Shown in pieces: positions 54,780 to 64,000 of a stretch of DNA of 64,000 bases. The position numbers and the translations under genes were made by a program. The notes beneath the pieces were generated by a model. The model searched no databases. It worked only from the letters and a program-made list of their open reading frames with translations, and was not told the DNA's origin. The stretch is from Cyanophora paradoxa CCMP329 (lineage: Eukaryota; Plantae; Glaucophyta), in the NCBI GenBank assembly GCA_004431415.1, contig QPMI01000521.1:1-64000 (forward strand), read 5' to 3'. Every line of letters starts with the position of its first letter. The stretch's first letter is position 1.

Positions 54780-55364
54780 AATTTGGCTCTGAGACGTAAG
54801 GAGATGCAGTTTTAACCTCGGCAGAGTCAAGCGATTGCTCGGCTTTAGCTTTTTCGTTTTTCAGATAGCGTAAATCTGGTACATCCATAGGTCTGTGCTT
54901 AAACATTTCGCTTCGCAACATCTCGCGGATCTTAGCTCTTTCTTGCTTGTCTTTTACATACGATTCGATATTAGCCGACCTCGCTTCTAAATCTCGCAAT
55001 TTAGCCGCTAACTCGTCAAATTGTGACTTTGACACCGTTGCTGTCTTGATTTTAGGCCCTGAATACCGCGCTTCAGACGCCATCGCTTGTAAAATTCTAG
55101 CAGCATCATCATCGATATCAGACTGCATTTCGTTTACAATTTTGACCTGGCTCTGTCGGTCGTCAATCGCACTGGCATTAGCAGCAGCAGAGGCGATCGT
55201 TTTAGCAACGGGTGCATTAAGGCGGGGTCACTAGCTAATTCACCGCTAGGTTCAGCAACAGCTGCGCCCTCAGTTGAGCCGCTTTCAATCAGTGGAGTGT
55301 TCGGCTCAGATATATTAACCTTGCGACGTTCCCGATAGCCCTTCTTAGGAATCCCGCGACTCAT
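54727..55364 (-). pseudogene. Core-like coiled-coil protein (one frameshift ~55220)
   Basis: Two ORF fragments homologous to 4720-5454. Confidence 0.62.
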
Positions 55365-55373
55365 CTTATTTTC

Positions 55374-56114
55374 TTAAGATAAGATTTTAAAACGCCTCTT
55401 TTTAGAAACAACAGGCGATTCTTTCTTAGGCTCTTCTTCATTCTTAAGCCATTTTGTAAAACGAAAACTCTTATCTTCAACAGCTTTATCAACGTACCAG
55501 GCCGTATCGTACTTGGTCCCATCAAGGACTAGGCACTGATAATCGTGCGCCCAGGTTTCAAATAAAGCTATAAATTCTTCTTTTGGGAGATGGCTAAATT
55601 CTCTATAAATGGCCTCCAGCTCCGTGTGATTAGAGTAACTGAAGAAAAAACAATAGTCGGAGTTCGATCTTATAGATTGACTCAAAGCTGTTAGTTTTTG
55701 CGTCATTAGAATTGTACTTATATTAAAATGGCGACCCTGCGTAAAAAGTCGATTAACGGTCTTGCTATTTCGCAGATCAACAGTTTCAGAGGCAGCAACG
55801 AGATCATCCAATACAAGCAATATCTGCGGCGCTTTCTTTTTGTTTTCAATCAAATTTCGCTGTGAATCAATGATTTCTGCAACGATAGATGGCTGAAAAT
55901 CGTCATAAAGCTCATTCGGTATTGCAGAATACTCGCCGTTGAATTTGGTGGCGGTAAACACAACGACTCGGTTGATCTTTGGATACAGCAGTCGAAGCAG
56001 ATGCTTTGTGCAATAGAAGGATTTGCCGCTATTAGACTTTGAAATAAACAGGGCTTTGAATGGGACCCTCATATCGCTAGGCTGGAACTTTGCGAGCTCT
56101 TGAGACTCATCCAT
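55374..56114 (-). CDS. A32-like packaging ATPase
   Basis: SKSNSGKS, LVLDD, QGRH, MTQ...IRSNSDY. Confidence 0.92.
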   Translation of the reverse strand: MDESQELAKFQPSDMRVPFKALFISKSNSGKSFYCTKHLLRLLYPKINRVVVFTATKFNGEYSAIPNELYDDFQPSIVAEIIDSQRNLIENKKKAPQILLVLDDLVAASETVDLRNSKTVNRLFTQGRHFNISTILMTQKLTALSQSIRSNSDYCFFFSYSNHTELEAIYREFSHLPKEEFIALFETWAHDYQCLVLDGTKYDTAWYVDKAVEDKSFRFTKWLKNEEEPKKESPVVSKKRRFKILS

Positions 56115-56192
56115 CAAAAAATTAACTATTGATATTCGCAGGCAAACACAACCGCGACCGCAGGCGAGTCAGCTTGTCTGGCGACACTGTGA

Positions 56193-57580
56193 CTAGAGAT
56201 TAACTTTCCGCAGTCCCGCAGCATCAACAATTAGGACAGTGTGAAGGAGAGCGCGAATTTGGACGTAAATCTTGTTGTTAGCATCATACGCAGCAGGGTT
56301 CATGATATTCAGGAAGCAGCTGCTGGAGTTCGTCAGATCTACGAAACCAGTTTGAGCAGCATTTCGAATCGATTTATCCCCACTAATGCAAAATGGCAAT
56401 CCAGTCAGAACATACCGATTAAGGGGTGCGTCGAGATTGGAGCACTTGAAGACATCAGCGATGAGTTCAGCACCTTGCAATAGAGGAACAGGCTCATTTG
56501 AATAAAGCCGCTGTCCATTCAATTCGCAGGAAATAGTAATATCGCGAGCATTAGCCTCGGTTTTGAGGACACTGTGTTTTCCATCAGTTTGGTTCATGTT
56601 TGGCTGCTTGCGAATGCTAACGAATAGGCCGTAACAAAGTCCACTGATTTGAGACAGATTAATTCGGGTGGGCGCACCAGCACCAGCATAAGTAATTGAA
56701 TCAGCATCAACCCAGCCGACATCGGTAGCGGGAATTGCGATTCCAGACGTTTTGACTTTCTCAATCACCTGGGCAAAAGTGGCCTCATCAACGTTGATGC
56801 AATGAGCAATAATCTTTGGATTCGAAAGCTCCGGATTGGCAGGGGTGACACTGAGAACATTGGGAGTTATATTCTGGCCGATGTTTGCAGGGGATGCAGC
56901 AGCAGCTCCCACGCTCCCAAGTCCATCTTCTTTAGAAGCATCACCGCCTATGGCATATTCTGTTACAAACCTACCACCATAGCTGGTTTCGACGAAGCCC
57001 TGGGCACGATCACGGAACCAAACCTCGACGGAAACCTCGCCAGATAGAGCACCAATCGGAAGCACAGAACCCTCCCAGGGACAGGGGATTTTTACACTGA
57101 AAATACCTCCAGTGCGATTGCTCCCCTGAGGTGGTGTTCCATGGAGCCAGCCACCGGATCGGTACTTCTTTTTAAGCTGAGCATCATCATTGTAAATCAG
57201 TGCGCTGTGAACAAGCCAGTCCTCGGGACAATGTAGCTGTAGGAAGCATATTTGATTTCGATTCGCTTTACGAGAGCACCAACCGATCGCAAATAACCAG
57301 TGCGAACCAGGTCAGTGTCACCAGTAAATGCTGTCAGCTCGGGAAGGGTAAACTGGAGTTCGAGTCCCTGAAGGAAATTGTATCGGGGCAGGAAATAAGT
57401 AACCCTCTTTCCGAAGCAGTCTCCATAGTCATTGCTTGGGTTGACAACAACACGAACAGGCTTGGTTTGGCTCGTTAGACCTAACATAAGCTCGTTGTTC
57501 ATGAAGAAGTCCTTCGCTTCCTGAGGTGTGGTGAGGAGCTCTTTGAGGCCGAGCCGCTGCAAATTCTGAGTAACATCCAT
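56193..57580 (-). CDS. Major capsid protein (single frameshift at ~57197)
   Basis: Joining TAH/LIYNDD... gives one ~460-aa protein collinear with the element 1 MCP. Confidence 0.8.
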
Positions 57581-57631
57581 CGAAGTATATAATTGCAGTG
57601 AAAGAAAATAATTCTGCCGCTTCACCAAGAC

Positions 57632-58588
57632 TCAGTTTGACGAATTGATCCAAGGATATGTCTTTGACCTTTTCTGGAGCTGAAGTTTTGCAAGTTCGTA
57701 GACAACATCACCATTGGGTTCGTCAGGACCATAACGAATTTCGAGAATAAATGACACAGGAGCTCCATTTAAATCAGCGATTCGCTGCATAAAATCGTAT
57801 ATCTCAATAGTCACAGAGTAGAGGTCCAGCTTTGAATAAACATACTTATACAAAGGAGTTGCTTCAGTTGAATCGTAGTAGGCTGTCTCACCAGGACGGA
57901 GGGCGCTTGGAATGCTGAGCTTTGAGAAGAAGCCAGGAATTGAAGTATTTGGCATACTGACAAGGTCACCAATTTCAGGAATGCGAAGTAGCACATGATC
58001 ATCGGGAGTGACATCGGGTTCATAAGCGCCCTCTATATATTGAATATCGACAGTTAAATCCTTAGACCGAATCGGTAGAATTGATCGCAAGCCTAGCAGC
58101 TTTGCAGTTCGCTGAGCCCTTGCAACGGCCTGGTAGTTTCTGACTTCCCGCCCACCCTGGTTCGTTGGCAACATCAGAGCAATAAAGAACTCGAAGTTAG
58201 CTGTGAACCCTATTAATTTAACCGCTGAATTATACGTGCACGTGAGACCAGTCCCCGTCAACCTTTGGTTTATATTTGTCACAAGCGAGGTGACGTCGTA
58301 ATTTCCAGGTGGAATTGCAATGTTATTCCACGCTCCAAAACCTGGCTGAGGTGGGTCGGGTCCCTCATTTGCAGGATCATATTTGCACCAATATATATAG
58401 GTGTCAAACACTAAATCCTCTGCTGGATCGAGTGCATCAACTGTGCTCATTGTGTTGGGGATCTCAGCAGATACCAGGCGCACGGCTTTTACATCCTGAT
58501 AAACTTTAGGCAGTCTTACTTTAAATTTTGAGGTGGATGTCAGCTCATCCGCTTGGTGGCTTGCAATGCAGACGTAGTCCGTCGGCAT
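57632..58588 (-). CDS. Minor capsid protein/penton A
   Basis: FKVRLP...VKAVRLVSAEIPN...VTIEIYD...DLNGAPVSFILEI penton pattern. Confidence 0.8.
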   Translation of the reverse strand: MPTDYVCIASHQADELTSTSKFKVRLPKVYQDVKAVRLVSAEIPNTMSTVDALDPAEDLVFDTYIYWCKYDPANEGPDPPQPGFGAWNNIAIPPGNYDVTSLVTNINQRLTGTGLTCTYNSAVKLIGFTANFEFFIALMLPTNQGGREVRNYQAVARAQRTAKLLGLRSILPIRSKDLTVDIQYIEGAYEPDVTPDDHVLLRIPEIGDLVSMPNTSIPGFFSKLSIPSALRPGETAYYDSTEATPLYKYVYSKLDLYSVTIEIYDFMQRIADLNGAPVSFILEIRYGPDEPNGDVVYELAKLQLQKRSKTYPWINSSN

Positions 58589-58615
58589 CTTTTTTATATC
58601 AGTTAGAGAATAAAA

Positions 58616-59571
58616 ATGGTCGAAGACAAGCATCGACGCTGCGCCAGGCTCAGCTTTGACAGTAGAGACAGAAGGCCAATCGATTCAGAGGCAAACTTTG
58701 TGCTAGAAATAAATGAACCTATAATCAATCCAGTTGCTGTTCGACTTACCCAGTGTGAGTTCGCAAATAGCCTTTACACGAGCATTAAAGATGAGTATCT
58801 TTCGATCACCTTCCCAACATTTGGACGGAAAATCTGGCAGTTTTTGAGCCTGGTATAATTACTACTGCAAATATGGGCGAAACAGATCTTTACAACTTTG
58901 GCCTATCGTTTAAGTTTGAACTGGGGGGAATCGTAATAGCATATTTCAAATTGTTTCGGGACCCAGAGACACTGAAGATGTCTGCCTATTGCAACCGTTC
59001 CTGCACAGTGACCTGCCAGTTCAAAGCTCTATCGAATCTGCTAGGGCTGAACCGAAATGAGCCCCTCCAGCTGTCTCCTATCGTGATTGAAGGAGGGCAA
59101 AGATCAGTAACTGCAGCTGAGCGATATCTCGAGGTTGCTGGCATTCCAGTAACACCTTCACACCCTGAATATGGCGTGGATTTCACCGAAAGAATGCGGA
59201 GTGAGCCACTTGGTTATGCTGTCGAATTTCCAAAGATAATTGACATGAACAGCGACCAGTATCTCTTCCTAGTCTGTGAAGAGCTTCGACCATTTGCTTC
59301 AAAGCTTCGCCGTGGGGCCAAAACAATGTGCAACTACGGGCTTGCTCGAATTCAAATGAGTCAGGACGTTGGCAAATTCGTTTATATAAATCAGGATCAT
59401 CAAGGCGAATGGATCCCCATCGAAGAGCGTCTTGTGCTGACTTCCTTGCGACTGCGCATTGTAGACAGAGATGGTGATGATGTATTACTGAATGGATTGC
59501 CATGGTCTGGTGAACTGCAGTTCATTACTAGGGAAAGCCGAAGGCAAGAAGCCACTTGTGCTTCGCACTGA
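58616..59571 (+). CDS. Minor capsid protein/penton B (one frameshift ~58850)
   Basis: FDSRDR...VRLTQCEFAN...LRLRIVDRDG...LNGLPWSGELQF. Confidence 0.78.
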
Positions 59572-59631
59572 TTTGAAAAGTTGCAGACAAGCCTTCATCC
59601 CGTTTTATTTCTTGGCACAATATATAAAAAA

Positions 59632-59964
59632 ATGTCGCAGTTGATGCCTTTAGCTCAGATTGAAAAGTACTTGCCGTTGATGCGGGACAAAAAAGTATCA
59701 CTTGTTGCGATTGGAGATAAGCCAAGCACACAAACAAACCTAGGTTTTCTGCAAGCTTACCGCCGATTCGGTCCTGACGGAATCAAAAAGGAGCTCGCAA
59801 CCAAAAACACAACTTGGTATCAGCGAAGAGAGAATTACATAAAGAGGCGACTGGGAGGGCGTAATGGAGCACCATTTTGGGAGAAAGATAAATCTGGCAG
59901 AACTATTCCAACACGTCTTGGACTCTCTCTGATTTCCTGGGCATTCATGCCGCCGCCTAATTAA
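59632..59964 (+). CDS. Conserved hypothetical viral protein
   Basis: VSxVA...GFLQAY...W..RR..YIKR...LSLISWAF pattern recalled from large DNA virus/PLV hypotheticals. Confidence 0.5.
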   Translation: MSQLMPLAQIEKYLPLMRDKKVSLVAIGDKPSTQTNLGFLQAYRRFGPDGIKKELATKNTTWYQRRENYIKRRLGGRNGAPFWEKDKSGRTIPTRLGLSLISWAFMPPPN

Positions 59965-61441
59965 TGTAACGTCCCCGGAAATCAAGCCGGAATGCATTCA
60001 CATTTATAAATTCGTTTGTTATAATTTGCACATAGTTATATACCTGTGGGGTGATCAAGTGCGAGTCACTATGCATTAGATCGAAGCCTGTCATAGATGG
60101 GTTTGCAGCAAGCACATTTGCTAGGACCGTGTTTTCAAATAGTGCCCCGTCTCGTAAATATCCTAAATTGGTCAGAATGCTGAAATTAAATAGAACTCCG
60201 GCGGCAAAGGCTGGCCCATACATAATTATTTGATGTAGCTCAAAAGGCTTTGGAAACTCGACTTTAATCCAGGGATTAGGTAAAGTGCCCCCTTGGAACC
60301 CTGTTGAGTTAGGTCGAACGTGAGAAGGTGGGTGCAATTCCTCAAAGTCGTTGCTTGTGATGTTTGCATCTGGAATTATAAACCAGTTGACATCAAATGG
60401 CGGCTCAACTGTTAAGGTAGACGATATGATAAGTCTCTCATCGTTCAGTATGTCGTAGTTCGCCAGTAGAAAGCTACAGAGTGCATTTATTTTGTTACTG
60501 ATTTCGGTTTGTTTCAGCCATAAATCAGTTGTGGAAATCAAATAAGAAATATTCGAAGGCGAGGCATCATCAAGCTTGCTCATGACTGCAGCTGGCAGCG
60601 GAACACTTAAACGCCAGTATCTAGTTAGATTCCTATCTGCATCAACTGGAAGCAGTTCCTGCATTTGAAAGTGCGATTCCAGCTCGCTACCAGCCATTAG
60701 CATAGAAATGATTGGGCTGCCTGAGAGGGATAGAATCCAGCCCAGAGCGCCCCAGCCTGACGTCTCCGCATTTGAAAAGCCTGCAGTCAATTGCTCACTG
60801 GCTTGGACCTCGCCACAGCTAATGCTCACAAGAACAATTGGATCCTCTGCATCATAAATTTTGCTGGCGTGGCTCAGTGCAGCAACTGAGGGATTATTCA
60901 AACAGGCAATGGCCCCGTCAACAAGGTTTTTGTCCCCTAGAACCTTCGGTGGAAAGAATGTAGGCGCTGCAGAAGATGCTCTCACTGCATCACGAATCAG
61001 CGTGCTTGAGTACGGCCCATCCTTTGTAAAGACTACGGGCTGCATCCGAACTGTATCAAACGCTGTAATTAATATGTCTTTTGTCGATTCTGCAATTGTG
61101 TAGTCCAGGGCAACGTCTGTGAGCACCGACTCTAGAGGGTTTGCATCATAACGGCTGCCTGAGAGCAAGCTTGTCAGTGATCTTGGATTTGCAAATATTG
61201 TTGGCAGGTTCGTTTGATATAGACTCAAGATATCACCTGCAGAATATCGGTAAGCGAGAACAGAGCCTGGAGTTGATGGGATAGCCAAACCGGCCGCTAT
61301 TATTGCCCCTGTCGAGGTGCCTGCAAAGAAATCAAACAGCTGTGGAATTGCTTTCCCAGTAAGCGCCTCGATCCGTTGCAGAATTCTGGCAATAATTATA
61401 CCACGAGCACCTCCACCTGATAACGAGAGAATGACCTTCAT
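59957..61441 (-). CDS. Patatin-like phospholipase with degenerate discoidin-like C-terminus
   Basis: LSGGGARG, GTSTG, ASSAAPTFF, DGA; WIKVEF...FRLDFRG tail. Confidence 0.9.
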   Translation of the reverse strand: MKVILSLSGGGARGIIIARILQRIEALTGKAIPQLFDFFAGTSTGAIIAAGLAIPSTPGSVLAYRYSAGDILSLYQTNLPTIFANPRSLTSLLSGSRYDANPLESVLTDVALDYTIAESTKDILITAFDTVRMQPVVFTKDGPYSSTLIRDAVRASSAAPTFFPPKVLGDKNLVDGAIACLNNPSVAALSHASKIYDAEDPIVLVSISCGEVQASEQLTAGFSNAETSGWGALGWILSLSGSPIISMLMAGSELESHFQMQELLPVDADRNLTRYWRLSVPLPAAVMSKLDDASPSNISYLISTTDLWLKQTEISNKINALCSFLLANYDILNDERLIISSTLTVEPPFDVNWFIIPDANITSNDFEELHPPSHVRPNSTGFQGGTLPNPWIKVEFPKPFELHQIIMYGPAFAAGVLFNFSILTNLGYLRDGALFENTVLANVLAANPSMTGFDLMHSDSHLITPQVYNYVQIITNEFINVNAFRLDFRGRYIN

Positions 61442-61556
61442 TTTTAAAAGGGGGCTTATATAAAAATGTCCTATATCTTGAAGAAGCCAGTGCCACTTCG
61501 TAAAGCTCCAGATCTCGTGGATGATCGACATATAAATATCCGTGTATTCGGGAGTA

Positions 61557-62075
61557 CTACTGCTGGAAATTCAGCTGCAGGAATTGCTTATCAGCCTCTA
61601 AAGTGTGCACAATAGCAAATGCATCACGAGCACGAGCAGCAGCCTCGGCTGTGTGGAAATAACCTATGTGCTTCTTTTTACCATCTACATTAAAATAAGC
61701 TCGCCATTTACTACTTGATCTATCAAAGTTGACTCCAATAAATCCTGATGAATTGTTAGATTGGCGGTATCGATTCAAAATTTGCTGGCGCCTAGATGCA
61801 ACTCGCAAATTTTCACGTCGATTGTCGAGGGGATTATGGTTGATGTGATCGACAGATAGGCCTTCTTCGATATTTGGAAAGAGAAACACTTGAAGTTTAA
61901 TTGTTGTATACTTCCCGTTTACTTTTATGTTAGCCTGAGCATAGCCATTATTATCCAAGTGCCATTTCTTCTGAAGAACTCGTTCGGTATCTTCGTGAGA
62001 CACAAGGGTATATGCACGAATGTTTCCTCGACGATCACGGAGTGGAACCGCCATTGCACCAACAGGAATGTCCAT
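61557..62075 (-). CDS. HNH-AP2 homing endonuclease (paralogue of 54204-54779)
   Basis: VDHINHNPLDNRRENLR plus AP2 domain. Confidence 0.92.
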   Translation of the reverse strand: MDIPVGAMAVPLRDRRGNIRAYTLVSHEDTERVLQKKWHLDNNGYAQANIKVNGKYTTIKLQVFLFPNIEEGLSVDHINHNPLDNRRENLRVASRRQQILNRYRQSNNSSGFIGVNFDRSSSKWRAYFNVDGKKKHIGYFHTAEAAARARDAFAIVHTLEADKQFLQLNFQQ

Positions 62076-62183
62076 TTCGATTCCAGCTTACTTAAGCTTG
62101 GCTTCTTTACAGTTAGAACCCGACATCTCTTTATAGCATATCAAAGTCTTGATCTGCATTCTTTTATCGAACCATCTACTATC

Positions 62184-64000
62184 ATGTCTTATCTCCTGAG
62201 AAAGCCTGTGCCTCTGCGACGGCCACCAGAATCGCCTGAAGAGGATAGGCTCATTAATATTCGCGTTTTCGGAAGCATTTTGGCTGACTACAATGCTGAC
62301 AAAGATATACACCAGACCGAGTTTAATCGCCCAGCTGCGTTAATTCTGCGCAACTCACATGTTGGCGCCCCGGACATTGCACAGAGATTTTGTCTAGGTC
62401 CAGCTGAGAACTATGTTGCTGAAATAATTGGATCCAGGGCGTTGCCGCGGCACCTGCGAATTGCCTCCTCAGGCACTGTTTCCAAGTATGATTCTGGTAG
62501 ATTAATCTTTAGGCTCCAAAATGATAGAGGGGTCCACACATCAGCTCTACGCCTAATTGATGAATCCAATGCTGTCACAAACAAGACTGCGGCTCACATT
62601 ACAGGGCGAATTCTCCTTGGCGAAGATGCAGGAATATCAGTGATAGCATCGCAAATCCAGCCGTTTCCCTGGGATTTACTATATACTGCTGCAAGAGAGA
62701 CAAATATTTTGTACGGTTTCGATGTTAATCAAATCGATACCGAGCCAGCCACCAGGTTAGATATTCCTGGATGCACCTTTGGCTCTATCCTGATTGAGGC
62801 TGACAGGCACCTGCTCCCGGCATTGCATGATAGATATGACCTAGGGCTTCGAACCAGGCAGTGGCGAAATATTCATGGAACAAGTATTTACCAAGACGGC
62901 AAAAAAGTAATCACTGAACCTGAGATAATAAACATTTTCAACTACTACTTTGGACCTATTGTCCCTATACCACCTATACCACCTCTTCCAGGGCTACCAA
63001 AGCCGCCAACGCCGGATGGACCAGGTCGAGAGCGAGTTGCCGATGAGACAATCCCATTTGGTCAAAATATTATATCATGGGAGGCTGTCAGGAATCGTCC
63101 AGTGATAGAACCCTATAAGCATCCACATGAGGAATACCTGCCGCCTGATATTGAAGTTTTCCCACTCGAAATGTACACAGAGCCGGAGGAGCAATTAATT
63201 CCCGACGGATTAGACGTTCAAGAACTCGAGTACGAGCAGCCTGTGATTCCGCATGAGCAGCTGCTTCCAGATGGCTTTGATCCTATTTTCTTCCCCTTGG
63301 AGTTCACAGTGGACTGGGAATCTATTAACTACAAACCTGAGAATTTTCCACCGGAAGATCACAGACATAACTGGGATGAAATCGATAATAAACCGTTGCA
63401 ATTTCCACCAGAAGATCATAGACACGACTGGGATGATATCGATAATAAACCGCTTAAATTTCCTCCAGAGGATCATAGACACGACTGGGGTGACCTTGAT
63501 AATGTTCCGCTTGAATTTCCACCGGAAGATCACAGACACATTTGGAGCGAAATAGATGAGCAGCCCGAGTTCGCAAAGATTGAGCTTCCTGTCACACTAG
63601 CTGTCTCTCTCTACAAATCAATTAACACCCCTGAAAGGTTATATTTGAATGACCACTATGTCCACAGGCAGGGAATTCGTGCTAACACTGACATGTCAGG
63701 CTCTTTGTTTATAAGGATTCCCCGTGGAATGGAGATAGTTGCTGCTGGCGGGAATATCGGTTTGCAGGACACGTTCCCAAGTATTTATGTCACAAACTAC
63801 TACGCCTCTGACATCGAAATGACATCTGTTCTACCTCCTTTGCCTTCACTGCCGTTAGATCCTCTCTCCCATGCTGATTTTCATTCTGCAATCCAGATTA
63901 ATGTAACAGATGTTAGCGATTTAGATTCATCGAGACCGAAATTGGTATTTAGCCGTGAACGCCTTTTACCCGAAGCTTTAATTGGAAACCGAGACGATTA
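62184..64000 (+). CDS. Giant fibre protein, truncated by the window end (absent from the ORF track)
   Basis: Hand translation: DSGRLIF, DLGLRTRQWRNIHG, ADETIPFGQ, FPPEDHRHDW repeats, SDLDSSRPKLVFSRERLLP, collinear with the 17111 gene. Confidence 0.8.
   Translation, partial: MSYLLRKPVPLRRPPESPEEDRLINIRVFGSILADYNADKDIHQTEFNRPAALILRNSHVGAPDIAQRFCLGPAENYVAEIIGSRALPRHLRIASSGTVSKYDSGRLIFRLQNDRGVHTSALRLIDESNAVTNKTAAHITGRILLGEDAGISVIASQIQPFPWDLLYTAARETNILYGFDVNQIDTEPATRLDIPGCTFGSILIEADRHLLPALHDRYDLGLRTRQWRNIHGTSIYQDGKKVITEPEIINIFNYYFGPIVPIPPIPPLPGLPKPPTPDGPGRERVADETIPFGQNIISWEAVRNRPVIEPYKHPHEEYLPPDIEVFPLEMYTEPEEQLIPDGLDVQELEYEQPVIPHEQLLPDGFDPIFFPLEFTVDWESINYKPENFPPEDHRHNWDEIDNKPLQFPPEDHRHDWDDIDNKPLKFPPEDHRHDWGDLDNVPLEFPPEDHRHIWSEIDEQPEFAKIELPVTLAVSLYKSINTPERLYLNDHYVHRQGIRANTDMSGSLFIRIPRGMEIVAAGGNIGLQDTFPSIYVTNYYASDIEMTSVLPPLPSLPLDPLSHADFHSAIQINVTDVSDLDSSRPKLVFSRERLLPEALIGNRDD

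Larger units (their letters stand above)
47688..64000. mobile_element. Endogenous Polinton-like/Maverick-like virus, element 2 (right part beyond window; left boundary approximate)
   Basis: pPolB, rve integrase, ATPase, MCP, two pentons, patatin and fibre. Composition shifts near 47690-47760 and a repeat-rich leader runs to 49000. Confidence 0.92.

Noticed and set aside
57190-57205. Programmed -1 frameshift in MCP, since element 1 shifts at nearly the same codon (~2853)
   Set aside because: There is no slippery heptamer, and element 1 has several other 1-nt deletions within 100 bp, so coincidence is likely. Worth rechecking after polishing.

Overview
This is a eukaryotic (protist or alga-like) genomic window. 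About 21 kb of very GC-rich, intron-dense host DNA (~26.7-47.7 kb) lies between two related endogenous Polinton-like/Maverick-like DNA viruses. Host genes are a membrane-anchored cNMP phosphodiesterase, an inverted pair of TPR-protein paralogues, lunapark and a coiled-coil/Zn-finger gene, plus a MITE and a Helentron-like insertion. Element 1 (1-~26.7 kb) is bounded by inverted repeats, CpG-poor and has many frameshifts. Element 2 (~47.7 kb to beyond the window end) is nearly intact. They share a virion module: two divergent pentons, MCP, A32 ATPase, a core-like protein, a patatin-discoidin lipase and a giant His-repeat fibre, plus an rve integrase. Their replication modules differ: element 1 has an AEP primase-SF3 helicase, an iteron origin and an apparently exonuclease-dead pPolB, while element 2 has a different, intact pPolB and HNH-AP2 endonucleases. 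The most striking unexplained signals are: (i) at the visible host junction of each element, a hairpin closed by the ultra-stable GCGAAGC loop whose core mismatches are G.A-type; (ii) a palindromic iteron module in flip and flop forms; (iii) giant-virus-type early promoters (AAAAWTGAC) in front of non-structural genes; (iv) an AdoMet decarboxylase auxiliary gene; and (v) a host micro-palindrome insertion signature (X to X-X'-X). All protein calls come from motif recognition by eye, without database searches.
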